Of a stretch of 64,000 nucleotides of DNA, positions 1 to 13,500 are shown in pieces; the first letter of the stretch is position 1; each line of letters begins with the position of its first letter. This stretch comes from Balanoglossus misakiensis (Eukaryota > Animalia > Hemichordata). The stretch spans positions 4,402,305-4,466,304 of the forward strand of contig CM082577.2 in the NCBI GenBank assembly GCA_040954595.2, given 5' to 3'. The notes beneath the pieces were generated by a model. It had not been told where the DNA came from and did no database searches. It saw only the letters and a program-made list of their open reading frames with translations. The translations under genes and the position numbers were made by a program.

Positions 1-169
1 AGAGTTGATTGTGCTTGAAGTTTACACAGGTCCCTGATTGTATACTGTCACGGTTCTCTGGCTTGTCCAGTCAGATCACAGTTGCCCAGAGTGCCCCACT
101 ATATTATATATACTAGGTGAATCTATCCATGCCACCGACTCATTGCTGATGTAGATATACATATTGTAG

Positions 170-260
170 GAGACTTCTGCGAAGAGAGAAGATCTATTTG
201 ACTGGTACGGCGCACCGGACATTCTCCAGAGTCACGTGACGAACAACCTGAGATCTATAT
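170..260 (+). pseudogene. Possible decayed DDE integrase (rve-type, Ginger/Gypsy/KRBA2-like) fragment
   Basis: One frame reads ETSAKREDLFDWYGAPDILQSH, resembling the integrase core motif F..FGAP.ILQSDNG. The catalytic D is missing and a stop follows shortly. Confidence 0.25.
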
Positions 261-399
261 GAACCTTCCGGATTTCGGAAGAAACCCAAGTTCATGACCA
301 CTGCTACACGTTTGCCACACGACCGAAGGTTACAAAAACAGGTTTCCAACTCCACTCCTACAAATTCCTCTGCTTTGAGAGACAAAGGCTTCCCCGTAT

Positions 400-1550
400 G
401 ACAGATTGCCTGGAACGCCCATTATAATGTCTGGCATGTTTGTATGAGGGACTTCACGCCCATTAAAGATGCACTAAAATATTTTAAAAGTCTGTGTCGA
501 TGGATGTTATCAGACTTCTCCCAGACCAACAAAGGGGACAGTGGCCATCACGAATTAATGCTTAGAGAGCATTAGACACAATTATAATAACATCGAATAA
601 CATGAATCTGTATTGGTTTGCAGCTCGGTAATGACGGAGTCCCATCAAAAATTCCTTGGAAGAACACTGGTTGATATACGTGCCGACATATTGTATTTAT
701 GAAGCCCCGTCAACCATTTGTCAGTTTTTTGGGGGGGCTGAATTGTTTATCAACCGTCTAATTGCCGTGTTGGTGCAAATGTGGTTTTGACGGTTGGTTC
801 ATGCTCCGTCCGCTCTGCCTTGTCGAGTCAGGTACGAAAGTGAATGTGCAGTTGCCATGACTGTTTGCTTTTGGGTGTGGTTGTAATGGATTTTAAGTCT
901 TAATTGACGGATATGTGTGGGCGAGTGAACTTTGACCTCAACATTTACTAGTAACCTTCAACTTCACCGCGTTGTGATCACGATGGGAACTTGTCTGTGC
1001 AAATAATCGTGGTCATTTCATAATTGAACACCTTACATAACGCAATTCGGCCAATTTTCATGACAATGGTCTCGACAATACGCACATCGGGGCGCGGTGG
1101 CATGCTTAGAACAATGCGTCGGTAATTGGACTTTCGGGTCCGAAAGTTGCCATGGTGACGGCTTGACACACAGTAATGGACGGTTTCGAACGTTGCAAAT
1201 TCGCCCGACTAGAGTAGACGACCTCCGGCGGTTGCCAACAGAACGATCGTTTACACTCTCAGTAAACGTATTGATTTTTGTGTCTGCAAATTTACTGGTC
1301 ATCGTCACTGCATTACACGTTGCATGTAACCAAGACCTTGTGAAAAGTTGAAATTTGTAATTACACAGCCAGGACAGTAATATAACCTCAAGTTTGTAAG
1401 TCCAACAGCATGGTGAAATCTAGTCCATTTTTTTTCGCCCGAGTAAACGTATTGTCGTTTCAAACTAAATTGGCATGGCTTAGAGTTCAACATTGAATAA
1501 CACCGTAGGCACAAGCTTAATGTACATGCGTTGTCCCGGTTCTGCATGGT
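400..1550 (-). mobile_element. Highly degenerate DNA-transposon transposase relic (Academ-like, tentative)
   Basis: Frame-broken minus-strand fragments occur in the order expected for this family: KWTRFHHAVGLT..GLGYMQRV, STLVGR, PDVRIVETIVMK..NYEMTTIICTD, WLTGLH, RHYNGRSR. Similarity judged by eye only. Confidence 0.3.
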
Positions 1551-4500
1551 GGCTATTTCAGGTTTTGCACAGTTTGTATTTGATGGTCGAAAACGTTTCT
1601 GGCCAGAGGGTGTGTAGAGTTTACTTGGGCCCTGCGTAGTGAGTACAGTTTCTTCTGATACTCGAGTTGAGTTGAACTGTCCGATATTTAGTCTGGTAAC
1701 TCACAACAAACAGCACATAACACAAAAGAACGCGTTATTATTTTTTGCTAATTCAGTTTACCAGTAAGTCCGTTTTCGTGCTAACCTGTTAACAGTTACA
1801 CCTTAACTGTTATTTATGTTTATCAGGGCACAAAACGAAAAAGTTCGTGCAGGAATTTCAATGGTTTCTAGAATGAATGTGCGATGTTTTGTAAATTTAA
1901 CGTTTTGAGACTGTGCTATGCTCCGGTTGACTGAAGGAGTGCGCCGATCAAACAAACCCACCTGTTGAGTTTTATTGTCTGTACTGTACTTGTAACAAGT
2001 ATAGTCCTTTATGTTCAAGGCTTGATGGTTCTGTCCATTTTGCTGTTCGAATTCCAAAAGTCCCACCCCTTCGACAGTCAATAAACGTTACTTAAATCTG
2101 TAAGGTTTTTCGGACCTCGGACACCTGCTTGAAGACCACAGTCATTGGGATAAACATGTGACCACCACTGCAACTTTAAGATTACGCCCTAAAACTGACC
2201 AGATGTACCCCGCCTTGTGTTAGGTATGATTCATCGCCCTCATCAAGGACAGTCACTCCACCTAGTTGCGGAGAGGGCCCGGGAGAAGGACACTTGGTGC
2301 CGGGGTGGGGGGGGGGGGGGGCTGGAATCCAATCTCTCAGACTCTCGATTGGAAAAGTCGAACACCTCATGGAGGGTGGCTACTGAACGCCCCTCTTGCG
2401 GGGAGGGATTACGGCCGAACCAGTAAATCGACGATGACGTGTGTACAGTCAGGGCTGAGTATACTGCGAATGTGGGAAATCGCGACCACTGCGTTTACCG
2501 TAATTGTGAATTTCGGGGTGGGGGCTGGGTGGCAATAATGTTCAAGTCTAAAAATGGACCAGTCTCGAAGAAATAAAACCTTTTCGACATTTTAATTTTT
2601 GTATTTCAACAGCAGAAAAGTTAAATGGTGTATTTCCACTGTTTACATCTTCTGAGGCAAACTCGCCTAATGCATGGCCATTCTCTCGTTATGTCACTTT
2701 TTTAACGGAAACTAGACTTTCGTGGTGTGAAAATGTAGATTTTGATCTCTTCATTTCAAACAGGGTCCTGCTCAGACTGAAATTTGTCTTTTGTTGTAAT
2801 CCAAGCCCAGTGCTGAACCCAGGCATCTGGACAGGGTAGATAGGGGCTGGGTGGGGCGGGTGGGGTTCTTGGGCGCAAAATACTTTCTACATCCGGGTAT
2901 GGGGTGTTATAATACCAGCTATATTCCCCTTCCGACAGTATTATTTAAGTGTTAATTATACTATACTCCTTTCAATTCACGCATGTTTGTTTGAGTGTTA
3001 ACTGTTTTTATGCGAGTGCGGGCAAGTTATTTTACTGTACTTACTCGATTGGGCCGAAACCAGTGCGTGCAGACATGCACAAATTAGCAGCAGTAGTCCA
3101 TTTTCCATGTTGGCACACCTCCAAATTGGCCGGATTACTTGTCAACTGGAAATATTAATTAAATCTTCCGCTATTTTTTGGTATCCCTGATTTCTCGCGA
3201 TGCCTTCAGCCGGGTGTCAACTGCTGCGAGGCCGAGTGGTGTCCTGATGATGGTGCTCGGTAAACACTGACGTTGTCGCCGAGAATTGTGGACTGGCCGG
3301 GCAGGTAGGACTGCTGCGCAAGAAGCCGACGCGTGTAACACAGAAGCGTCCGCGGACTTCAAAGCGAAATGCGGGAACGGTGAATGTCGGCGGTTAAGCC
3401 CTATTCCAATATATGCCGGTCTGGTGATTCCACTGTAGTCCCAAATTAAATACTGGTCGTGGATAATATCACCGTCGCATCCACGATCCGAGTTCCAGCG
3501 ATACCACCCCTATATAGAAACGACTTGTGAACGAGCGGTCGCAGATATCCCCCTTGCCTGTACAATGACTGGGCCATTCACACCGTGAGTCAGTTTAGAT
3601 TCTACCCATTATTCGGGCTGATTTGAATATGAATAGGAGACGCAGGTCCGCGCGATTGAGGAGAAAAAGAAAGTGAGTCTGAATAGGATCTTATTGTGAC
3701 TTTGGACCCCCTAACTGACCGCCCTATTGTGGTCTGTTCTCAAGAAAGGACTTGCCACATAGTATCGCACATTCCTTTCTCTCGAATGACCTCGCCACAG
3801 TCCGAACTAATCCCCCAAAGTAAAATTCACTTTCTTCAACTCATAATTTGTCGCTTTGTTCTTAGTTTTATTTTCTTTGGAATGACATTTCCTTAGAGGT
3901 TATAAACGAAATATCCGTCAGATGACAGCATGCTATTCTTGTCACTGCATTGGGATTGTCTTAATGAATTGAGTTTTATAAGAAATAATCCAATAATTAA
4001 TCAAATCTGTCTGGCTAACATTTACGCCGAAAAGTGTGAAAACCTTATATTGTAACTAAATGCATAATAACCCATTTATTCAGTCCGCGACAAAACCTGT
4101 ATATTGTATACCACCCCAGGTACTATAGTAAGACGTTTTGTAATACTGATGTCGTCATTACATAACGTTTCGACCACACCCTCACAATTTTTCAGGTAAC
4201 GATTTAGCCCCAAAAGAAGAAAACAACATAATTTTTTACGCGATACGTGCTTGAGTTCATGCTTAGTTCGTATATCTCCACGATCAGACCATCTAAAGAT
4301 AATGACTCCGATATTAACAACTTCCCTCCCCCTTTCTCCTCCTCTTCATCGCCCCCTCCCCTCGTCCTCTTAGCGACCCCTGTCAAGTTGTCATGGTGAT
4401 TAACAACACTGATAAAACTTGGCATTTAATCAAATGTCACCCACTAGACAAGAAGCGCTTGGGAACCGAGTGGTTCAGTAGCTATACGTGTAGCCTTGAT

Positions 4501-7500
4501 CGAAGAGTAGAGAGAAGTTGAGCAACAGACGAGTAAAGCACCTGGAAACCACTTATTTCTCAGAGGGTCTTAAGACTATTTACGCAGAAAACAAGACACA
4601 ATGCGAACAAAAGAGAGAGAAAAAACAGCGGGACTGGCATTAACAACAAACAGAATGGTTTTAAACTAACTGTATTAGGGGCTTCACACGACATAAACGT
4701 GACAAATTGACAGGTTCAAGTGAATAGCTGTAGACTCAACCCCGTGTTTACAATTGTCAGTATTTACAACAGCTTTGCAACTACTAGCCTATACTTGATG
4801 TCCGTGCGTGCATCACCCGTTGGTGTTCTTCCGGAACTATACCGGCAATCAGAAAAGTGGACAATTTCCATGCACTTTAAGCTCAGATTGGAGCATTTGG
4901 GATAACTTGTTTGCTTTCACAGACAGCACTGGTTTTGTTTCGATTGGGTTTTCGCACACACAATCACGATTTTGAATGGGAAAGCTTCCTTCGATGGGAA
5001 ATGGCAATGTCGGGAAGTATAAGTCTGGTTGCAAGACTCTTTAGGTATTTGCAGTACCAAATACAAGTCCAAGATGAGATAATTTCGACCGATAATGCGG
5101 CAAGTGACGGAATTCATGACAATGGCGTACGGTGAATTAAATGTCTCTCGGTGAAGGCTTGAATGGCCATTCACTGTGACTAGTCTAGCGAATATACTCC
5201 CCTTTTCAAAAGCTACGACAAAACAAGAATGGAGAATTTCAATCACAGGCTTCGATGAACACGGGCGCTTTTAACACTACAGTACTAGGACAGCGTATTG
5301 AACACTCGAGGGAGTGTTTTCGACAAAAAAAATTTAAAATTCAAAATAGCGGTCACATTTGAACAATTGGTCTGATTGTCGCTGGCGATGGCCTCGTCAT
5401 TGATCGTGGCTGTAAAAGGATGCGTTGCACCGCTGAGTCAAGGCAAAGGAAGACGGCTTATATAACCCAAAGTGGCCATAGAAATCGCCCCAATAAAAGC
5501 ATCACTGCATATCTTTGATTCTTGATTCCACATCAGCCTTGCATACAGAACACGACCTTCCAATCTGCTTTGTGCGATACGCATAGAAACATAACACGAC
5601 GCGCTAGCTAACTATATCATTTTGCACATTTCGCTTGTAACCACGACTGGCTTGTCAAAATTGAATTACCAGTGGGTTCACACATGTTGCGGTTTTCGAC
5701 CTCATTTTACAGGCAAGGAGAAGTATAAGTTGAACTTATTTTTAGGCATACATCACACACTCTCTTAGTTCACTTTGAGGAGTGTCAGACTGAACCACCC
5801 GTGATTTACAGCATGCAAATGAAATTTCTCGCTAAGGTATGTCTGAAATGCACATCCCGTTTGCAGGATATGAGAGTAAAAATCTCGCCAAAATGAATAA
5901 ATGGTAAACACCGACTATTCATTTTGGCAAGTTTTTCACTGTAGTGTCTGCAAGTAGGATGGAAGGTGTGTGTGTTCAAACGTTGAATCACTATACTATC
6001 CACATGTAGAATAACATAAAGCGGTGTCTTGTATCAAACATAATTAATGGAAAAAGGGCAGCGAGAGAGACTTGGTCCCTTCAACTCCACGGCGAGACCA
6101 GAGAAATGGTGTCAACCATAACCAGACCCATCGATCAGCCGCAAACATGCAATAAGGTTGGACAGAAACTGTACCGACCTCCTCTGGTACGTCGATCTTG
6201 TGATGACAAAAAAACTTTAGCGGAAAATTATAATGGCGATTGCATGATCATATATAACTTGCCAGACCAAAGAAATCCTTTCGCGACCAAGTTCGGGAGT
6301 AACGAACACGGTCCATTAAGAACAGATCAACAACAATTCTTTTCAGATTGCCCCGCTTTTCAAAAAGCTTTCCGCTCCAAATATCTCGAACTCCGTGGCC
6401 GCACTCGAGTAGAACAATTGGGAACTTAAAAACTAGCGAGTGAGCGTATAAAACGCATCTCTAAAAACAAACCAGTCGCACTCGAATGCCTCAACACAAT
6501 CATCCCCGTGTTAAATGAAATTCCTGAAATTGTCTCATCCCATTTTAATTGACTCGTGATCTTTGCACCCGTGACACATTTTCAGTACGAACTGAATCAT
6601 GCCACATCCATGTAATTTTTCCATCGATGATATTTAATAATGCCCAATATTACTTTTGTCACATCCAATTACGTTATTACAAATAAAATAACATCAAATC
6701 TGTCGGTCAAAATCTGATGGGACTTGTAAATATCAGTTTTCACATGATATAAATATTATTTCAATAATCAAAGCAGCCGAAAGTCTAAACTTTGCACATG
6801 TTGTTCTTTACAACTCAAAGTTAAATTTGATAAAAGCATATTGACTTGTGTCAGAAACTCCTTTCAGTGCGACAGACTGGCCAACAGGACACCTCCACTG
6901 GATGCACTGCGCCCTCTATGGCAATATGTCACGTACATCAACGTGCAGCATTTGAGCATTCCAATAATCTGGATTCGCACAGCATTATATCATCATTATT
7001 ATTAAAAGTTTAGAAAGTCTAACCTGAAGAAAAATATTCCCAGACTAATTTGAGTGGATACCAATTAAAAAATATAACATTGTTCAACGACACTATAAAC
7101 TGCTACCAGGTTGACAGAAGCACCATGGAAATATTGTGGGCAAATCAAGAACACTGAGCAAGGAACTAAAATGTGTGGAAATATTAAACAAGCAAGAGCT
7201 AAATCTCTACTGGGCCACTGACATGTATTCAGATATGTAGCAATGCCTTCTGTTAGCATGCACCTTTGGGACAGATTTACAGAAAAAAATGATAGTCCTA
7301 CAAGTCTAATGAACTCTAAAGGAAATCCTAAGGCTACGGCAAAATCGGGATGGATTCCTTGGTCTGCAAGGAAAGGATCCCCTAAGTGTGCAGAAATACC
7401 AGCAAGTCTACAGTAATGGTTGTAAGGATTCAATATTTCATGGGAACCCCAACCCCCTCCCCCAATCCAGGACTCTGAGTCTACAAGAATCTCTGTCCGC

Positions 7501-7512
7501 GACATCCCCGGT

Positions 7513-10500
7513 CTACAACTGCAGCAACGCCAGCAAAGCCAACATGGCCGCTATAAGGTAGGACACCCGGTAGAGCGACAGGGTAGCTATGGCAACCACA
7601 CCAATACAACTCAGAAACATAAACCTTGACAGGATCGGCAAGCGCTCCCTGTAATACAATGGAGAGAAAGAAATTAATTTTTGGAGTTTCAGGATCACAG
7701 ACAGTCTATGTATACACCACACTACTAAGATGTTCTAGGGTACCTGCTGATGACTTCACTCACCTTTTAGTTGGCAGGGAGTTCCTCGGATCGAGCAGGA
7801 TCATCAGAGAAACACACGCAGTGATGGCAGCATACAAGGATGGGTCCGGATTCAAACTTATTGAATATCTGTCCAAGAAAAATCAACGCTGTCAAACACG
7901 TGGAATACTGATTCACGTCGAACGTGATAAAGACTGAATTTGGCAGAAAATATTGTATCAGACATTCTACCAAGCTCAGAGGAAATGTGTTCAACATATC
8001 ATATCCCCGCACAGAAGAAAAATAATAAACCTGCATTTGAGGCATCAAACAGCAAACAAATAAACACACCCATTGCATTGTGGGTAGTCTAGCATGCAAA
8101 TGAGGGATTCTGGACTTCTGTACTCACTCCAGGTTCTTGACCCAAACTATGAGTGGCGCCATGTTGAGCGAGAGAAGCGCCAGCCACAGCAGCAGCAGTG
8201 TGTGGTGGTAGTGGTACGAATTCTCCGCCGTTTTCAAAACTTCGGGAATCTGCGGCGGTGGCGAAGCGGCCTCAGATTGCGGGCTGTTTGTTGCCGCTGT
8301 GTCCTCCGATTTATTACCGTTCCGTTCGACTTCCTCTTTCGGTTGCTGGGTGCATGAAAGAGAAATCACACAAAGACATGAAACAACAACATAACTTGGA
8401 ATCTGCATGCTACTTCCACATTCCTGTTTCAGTATAAATGATAGATCGCATCAACTTTTACCGACCCTTCTTCAGAATATACTCACTCCCTTTTGTCACA
8501 CAGTTCATAAGTTGATGGAAACTGACATACAGATATTACATTTCATGTATCATATCTGAAGTTTGTCTGTCATTTCTAGTTTCACCGTTCTAGATCGCAA
8601 TGTTCTACTTCTGACGGTCTGCACTTACCAGATTCAGACAGTGTTTCGTTTGAACCACCACTGCATGTTGCCAGGCAACCTGGAAAAGAAAGAGTGCACA
8701 AAATATCAGAGGGAAGTCATAACAGAACAATTGTGGCTCTTGATAACATTCAGTCGATGAGCTTTGAGAATGATGGCGAAGTTACTTACCTTGATAAAAT
8801 AAATGGGGAGACCCAGAATGAGGGAGACGGTACCACAGAGTCTCAGAGCGATGGATATAAGCAAACCAATGCCAAAATACAACAACCATGGGGGTCTGGA
8901 TGGAGATTCTGTCTCAGTCTGAAGAGCTAACTTTGGTCTGTTGGAAGACGACAAATCAAATGTGTTATAATAAAAATAATATTGCAACTAAAATTATATT
9001 CAGCCATTTCATTGATTTATTTGTATCAAAAATATATTTGTCTCTCACAGCTGTGGCAGAAATTCCTTGTGACAATCTGAGAACATGTCAATGCTTTGGC
9101 AGCACCAGCAGTTATTTTCCAAATATGATATCCACTGACTTTTGACCTCTGACTGATGACTCCAACTACAAATAACTCAGATGTCGACTAATCATGTCAA
9201 GTGCAACTAACACTAACAGGCATGGCATAGCAGCAAAATGCAATCCACTGATTCTTATAATATCTGTGTTCTGCATCACAGTATCATAATCTGACTTCGC
9301 TCACCCCCCCCCCCCCCCAACATCAAAAGTAACCACACAGACTCTACTCACCTGACAGCGAAGAGAATGACTGTACCTACAACTTTGACTAGAGCAGTGA
9401 CCGCAGTGGACACCATCGACACCACGGCGTAGGCGAACAAAAACGTCGTCAGGCCCAGAGCCCCAAACCCTATACCTTGGCTTTCATACACATACGAGTC
9501 TAAGAGGGGCATCTGCAATTTCTGCCAGATCTTACTGACAAATTCCACCCTGCAAGAAAAAAGAGAGACAGCATAGAATTTGAAGTGGTGCGACTGAAAC
9601 TACTGGTAGTCATGAAATTTCATGAAATGTGACAGAGAAATTACCGGTAGGCATTTTCATCCAGCTGCGAGTCCTTTATATCTATGTGACTGAGAGATTG
9701 TTTTCTTATTTCAATACCTGGTACTGGAAGTCTGAAATAGAGACTTAAACTCACCCAAGTATCATCTTGATGAGCAAGACCGGAGGAACGACCTTGAAAG
9801 GTTTGTTATAATCAGACTGTATGTAGATGAAGGAGTGACAGTACTCTGGCGATGAAAACAAACAAAACAACAATAAACAAAAGAAAGTGTACATCTGCTT
9901 CAGATATCCACTATAAACATCTTCAGACACAGGCCAAATTTATTCACACTTCTCAGACCTTAAATGCCCCTGGAGGAAAAAATGTCACTCACCATTATTG
10001 GCAATCAACTGAAGCTGCCTCAGAAGTACCATCATGATGTTGATGACGATGAAAGATGGCAACAGTCCACTGTACATTCTCACCATCTGTGCACAAAAAA
10101 AAGAAGAAAAAGCAATATTTGAGTGAATACTGCAAATAAGGTTGTCAACATACAGACTCACTTATGTACATTTTCCATGAACAAGTTTCTTGGCTGCAAG
10201 TCCACTGCAATGATGGCTCACGGTACAGTTTTCTGTATGGTTTTGACCTCTGAACTCCCACAATGCCACTTTATGCAAATGGTGCAGAACCTGACCGATC
10301 GCAGACAAATGAATTAACCAGGAGTGGATTTTGCAGATTCTGAGATGGGGAGAACTTTTTTTTACAGAGTTTGAATACCATAATGTAAGAAAAGACCTTG
10401 ATATATCACAACACAACATTGCCATGATATCCGGGCATTTTCATTGTCGACTTCATCACCGAACTCACCTGTCCCAGGCAACCCTGAAAGCTGGCCTTCA

Positions 10501-13500
10501 GTTCCACTTTGTAGCGACACTGTGGGTTCAAGTACATGTGCACCTGGGCCAGTCTCTCGTCGCCAGGCGGCCTGTTCAGCTGTAGCCGTGGTTGCAAGAC
10601 ATTAGCCCCTGTGGCCACAGCAACAGAGAACAGATCTTCTCTGTCCCAAGGGACATACATGCGCATGGTTGTATTGGCCACTGTAAAGAAGCAATACAGT
10701 TTTTTTTACCACAGTTGTTGTACTGCAATCAGTTTTGCTACTGTGGGATGTTAACTTGGCCCTTTGGGGAACAGTTCTTACAAGGAAATTGGCATCAAAT
10801 AAAAATTTAATCTGCGGAACTAGTCAATTTGAAAAATTTACCATCGTTGGACCGCTTGATAACTGAACACTGAAATTAAGATTAAGGAAGAACAGCCTCC
10901 ATTATCCAAACAGAACACAGATCATACTGTACACGTACTTTATGTAAATGAGTTGCCATATAAGGAAGTGGCATATGGCAGAACAAACTTACTTGGATCG
11001 AAGTTCTCTTCACATTCGACAGGCGTCAACATCACGGTATGGGCTTGGTGAACCAGATCGAATCCTTGTAGTCCAACGTTTACAAACACCTGGCCTGGCT
11101 CGGTCTTCTCAATTACTGTATGTGTTCTGGCTGAAATGCAGAAAGTGGTACTTCAACAATTTACCTCTTAAATCCATTAAAGCTGATGCCAGGCATGATT
11201 TTTTTTTACCCAACTTTGTTCGCAACACCGAAATGATCAATTTAAAAAACAAGTAATAGTGATGTCTTACCAGCTGTGAAAACATTAGGTGCATCAAACT
11301 GTACTTGTTTCTCTGAACTGTTATAAAATTCAACTTTGATATCAACCTGAATTTAAGGGAAAAATACAAGAAATAATATTTACAATGAATTAAAGGATGT
11401 GCTTCTTTTTTTTGCTGCCTTCGTCATTTTGAAATTAGGGGAAAAAAATACAGACTGTGATTACCAAGGCATTCGATAACAGTACAAATCAATGCAGATG
11501 TACACCAATGTTTTTTGTTTGGGGCAGCAGTGCCCTGGTTATTTCAACAGGTTTCACCGATGTTCCTGAACCTCAGCAAAAACAACAGTATCACAAACCA
11601 TTCCTTGGTAAATCTTGTATTCTTATATTCAAAATCTATCACCCACAGATGTGATTCTCCACACGGACAGAGATTCAAAATCAGCATGAGACATGCCTAG
11701 CACACTCACCCGCTGGAGTTTGGGTGTTGTAATGACCAGATGCGACGGATTACCCTGTAGCTCTTCCAGCCGGAGATGCAGCACCTTGTAATGCGTGTAC
11801 AAGGGGGGAATCAGCTCGGCGCCACCCGAGATGTCGGCCCCTTCGACGCACTTCGACCCGCTAGTCTTTGTGCAGGTGGAAATCCAGCTGTTCTCGTTGA
11901 CGTTGGTGACCACGGCGACCGCATCGTACCTCTCTCGGTGGCCGTCCAGCGGCAGCATGTAGTGGTTCATGACTGACGGTTTCAATTTCTCTGGCGGTTT
12001 GTTCCACTTGTCTTCAAGTACAACTTGCCAATTTGAACCTACAAGAAAAAACATACAAATGTGTTCACCGATATATGATCGCCACTACTGATGACACGTA
12101 CCCTAAAAGGAACAAAGATATACACCGGAAATTTGAACCAGATGGCCAATATATAGAGTTTACCTGGAAATGTCACTTTTTCTCTTTCAACGACAGGTCC
12201 ACTGCTGCCACTGTGTTGGTCAAAGTGGTGCTGGAACACTTGAATCTTGAAGTCAGCATCGGTGCTCACCTGAGAAGCGAGTGGAAACAAAGGTTTAGTC
12301 GTAAACAAGGTTGACATCAGACTCTTCATTTTAATACCACAGTGAAACCATTGCCAACAATAAGAAACCGTGAAATGGTCACCAGACACAAGTTTTCTTT
12401 CTGCACGACCAGCAAACATTTTGTATCAAAACGAATAAATATACAGACAAATATCGTACAGAGCCCTGCCATACCAACCTGTCTTGTATGAGGATCAACA
12501 ACATCGAACAGCACCCTCTTGGTAGCAAGCACCAACTGTCTACACCTGGATGCAGAAAAATATACCCCATCAGTTTAGTACAGCACTCCATATTATAGAA
12601 ATGCATGTATCATTTTCTGACTTGAAAGTATATTGGTTTCACACCAGATAATGTACAGTTAGATACTATATGTATCTTCGAAGCATTGACACAATTTGAA
12701 CTTTTCTCTGATCCTGAAAAAAAACCTGATGCCCAAGATTGTGTAATTTTCAGTCAACTATGAACTTGTACACCACAGAAGAGATGACAAGGGAAGTGAG
12801 TATCACACTAACCAGACCAGGCAGACAGACAAATGGACAGACAAAGAGACAGACACAAACCAAGGTAAGTAAACATTACACTTACCAAACAACACACAGA
12901 TGGTCTGTGGATGCCCACACTTTGGGAACACCTGTTGTCTGTAAAATGACAATGAGAAGTATTTTTAATGTTGTACTTCTGACTTTGTTATCAGAACAAA
13001 ATGATATCCTAAAAGAGGCACTCGTGCTTTGTAAATATTCTAAACTAACTGCTTGGGTTCCTGCACTGAAGGATACTGAGAACAGTCAAAATCCCCAACT
13101 CCCAGATTTCATTCCTGATTGCCTACATGTATCAGTGTTTTTTCCAACAAATCCATGACTGGATACATATGGATTTTGGGGAACAGGCACTTTGCATATA
13201 AAGGGTCCCCCCCCCCCACCTCCCCTTCCCCCACCTCCCCTTCCCCAGGTGCTCACCACTGCGCTGACACTGCGGTTTTCAGCAAACACAGTCTGCGTCG
13301 ATGTGAGTCCAGCTCTGACCAGGATGTCTCTCTCGCCTCCACCGACCGACAACACAGTGACATCCTTTAGCGTGGTGTTGTGGTGCGCCACCCAGAACTG
13401 CAGGGGGAAAAAAATCACAGATAGAATAAATCCTCATCTTGTCATATCCGATGAAAACGCTCAACAGGACATCACATCACAACCGCTACACATGACATCA

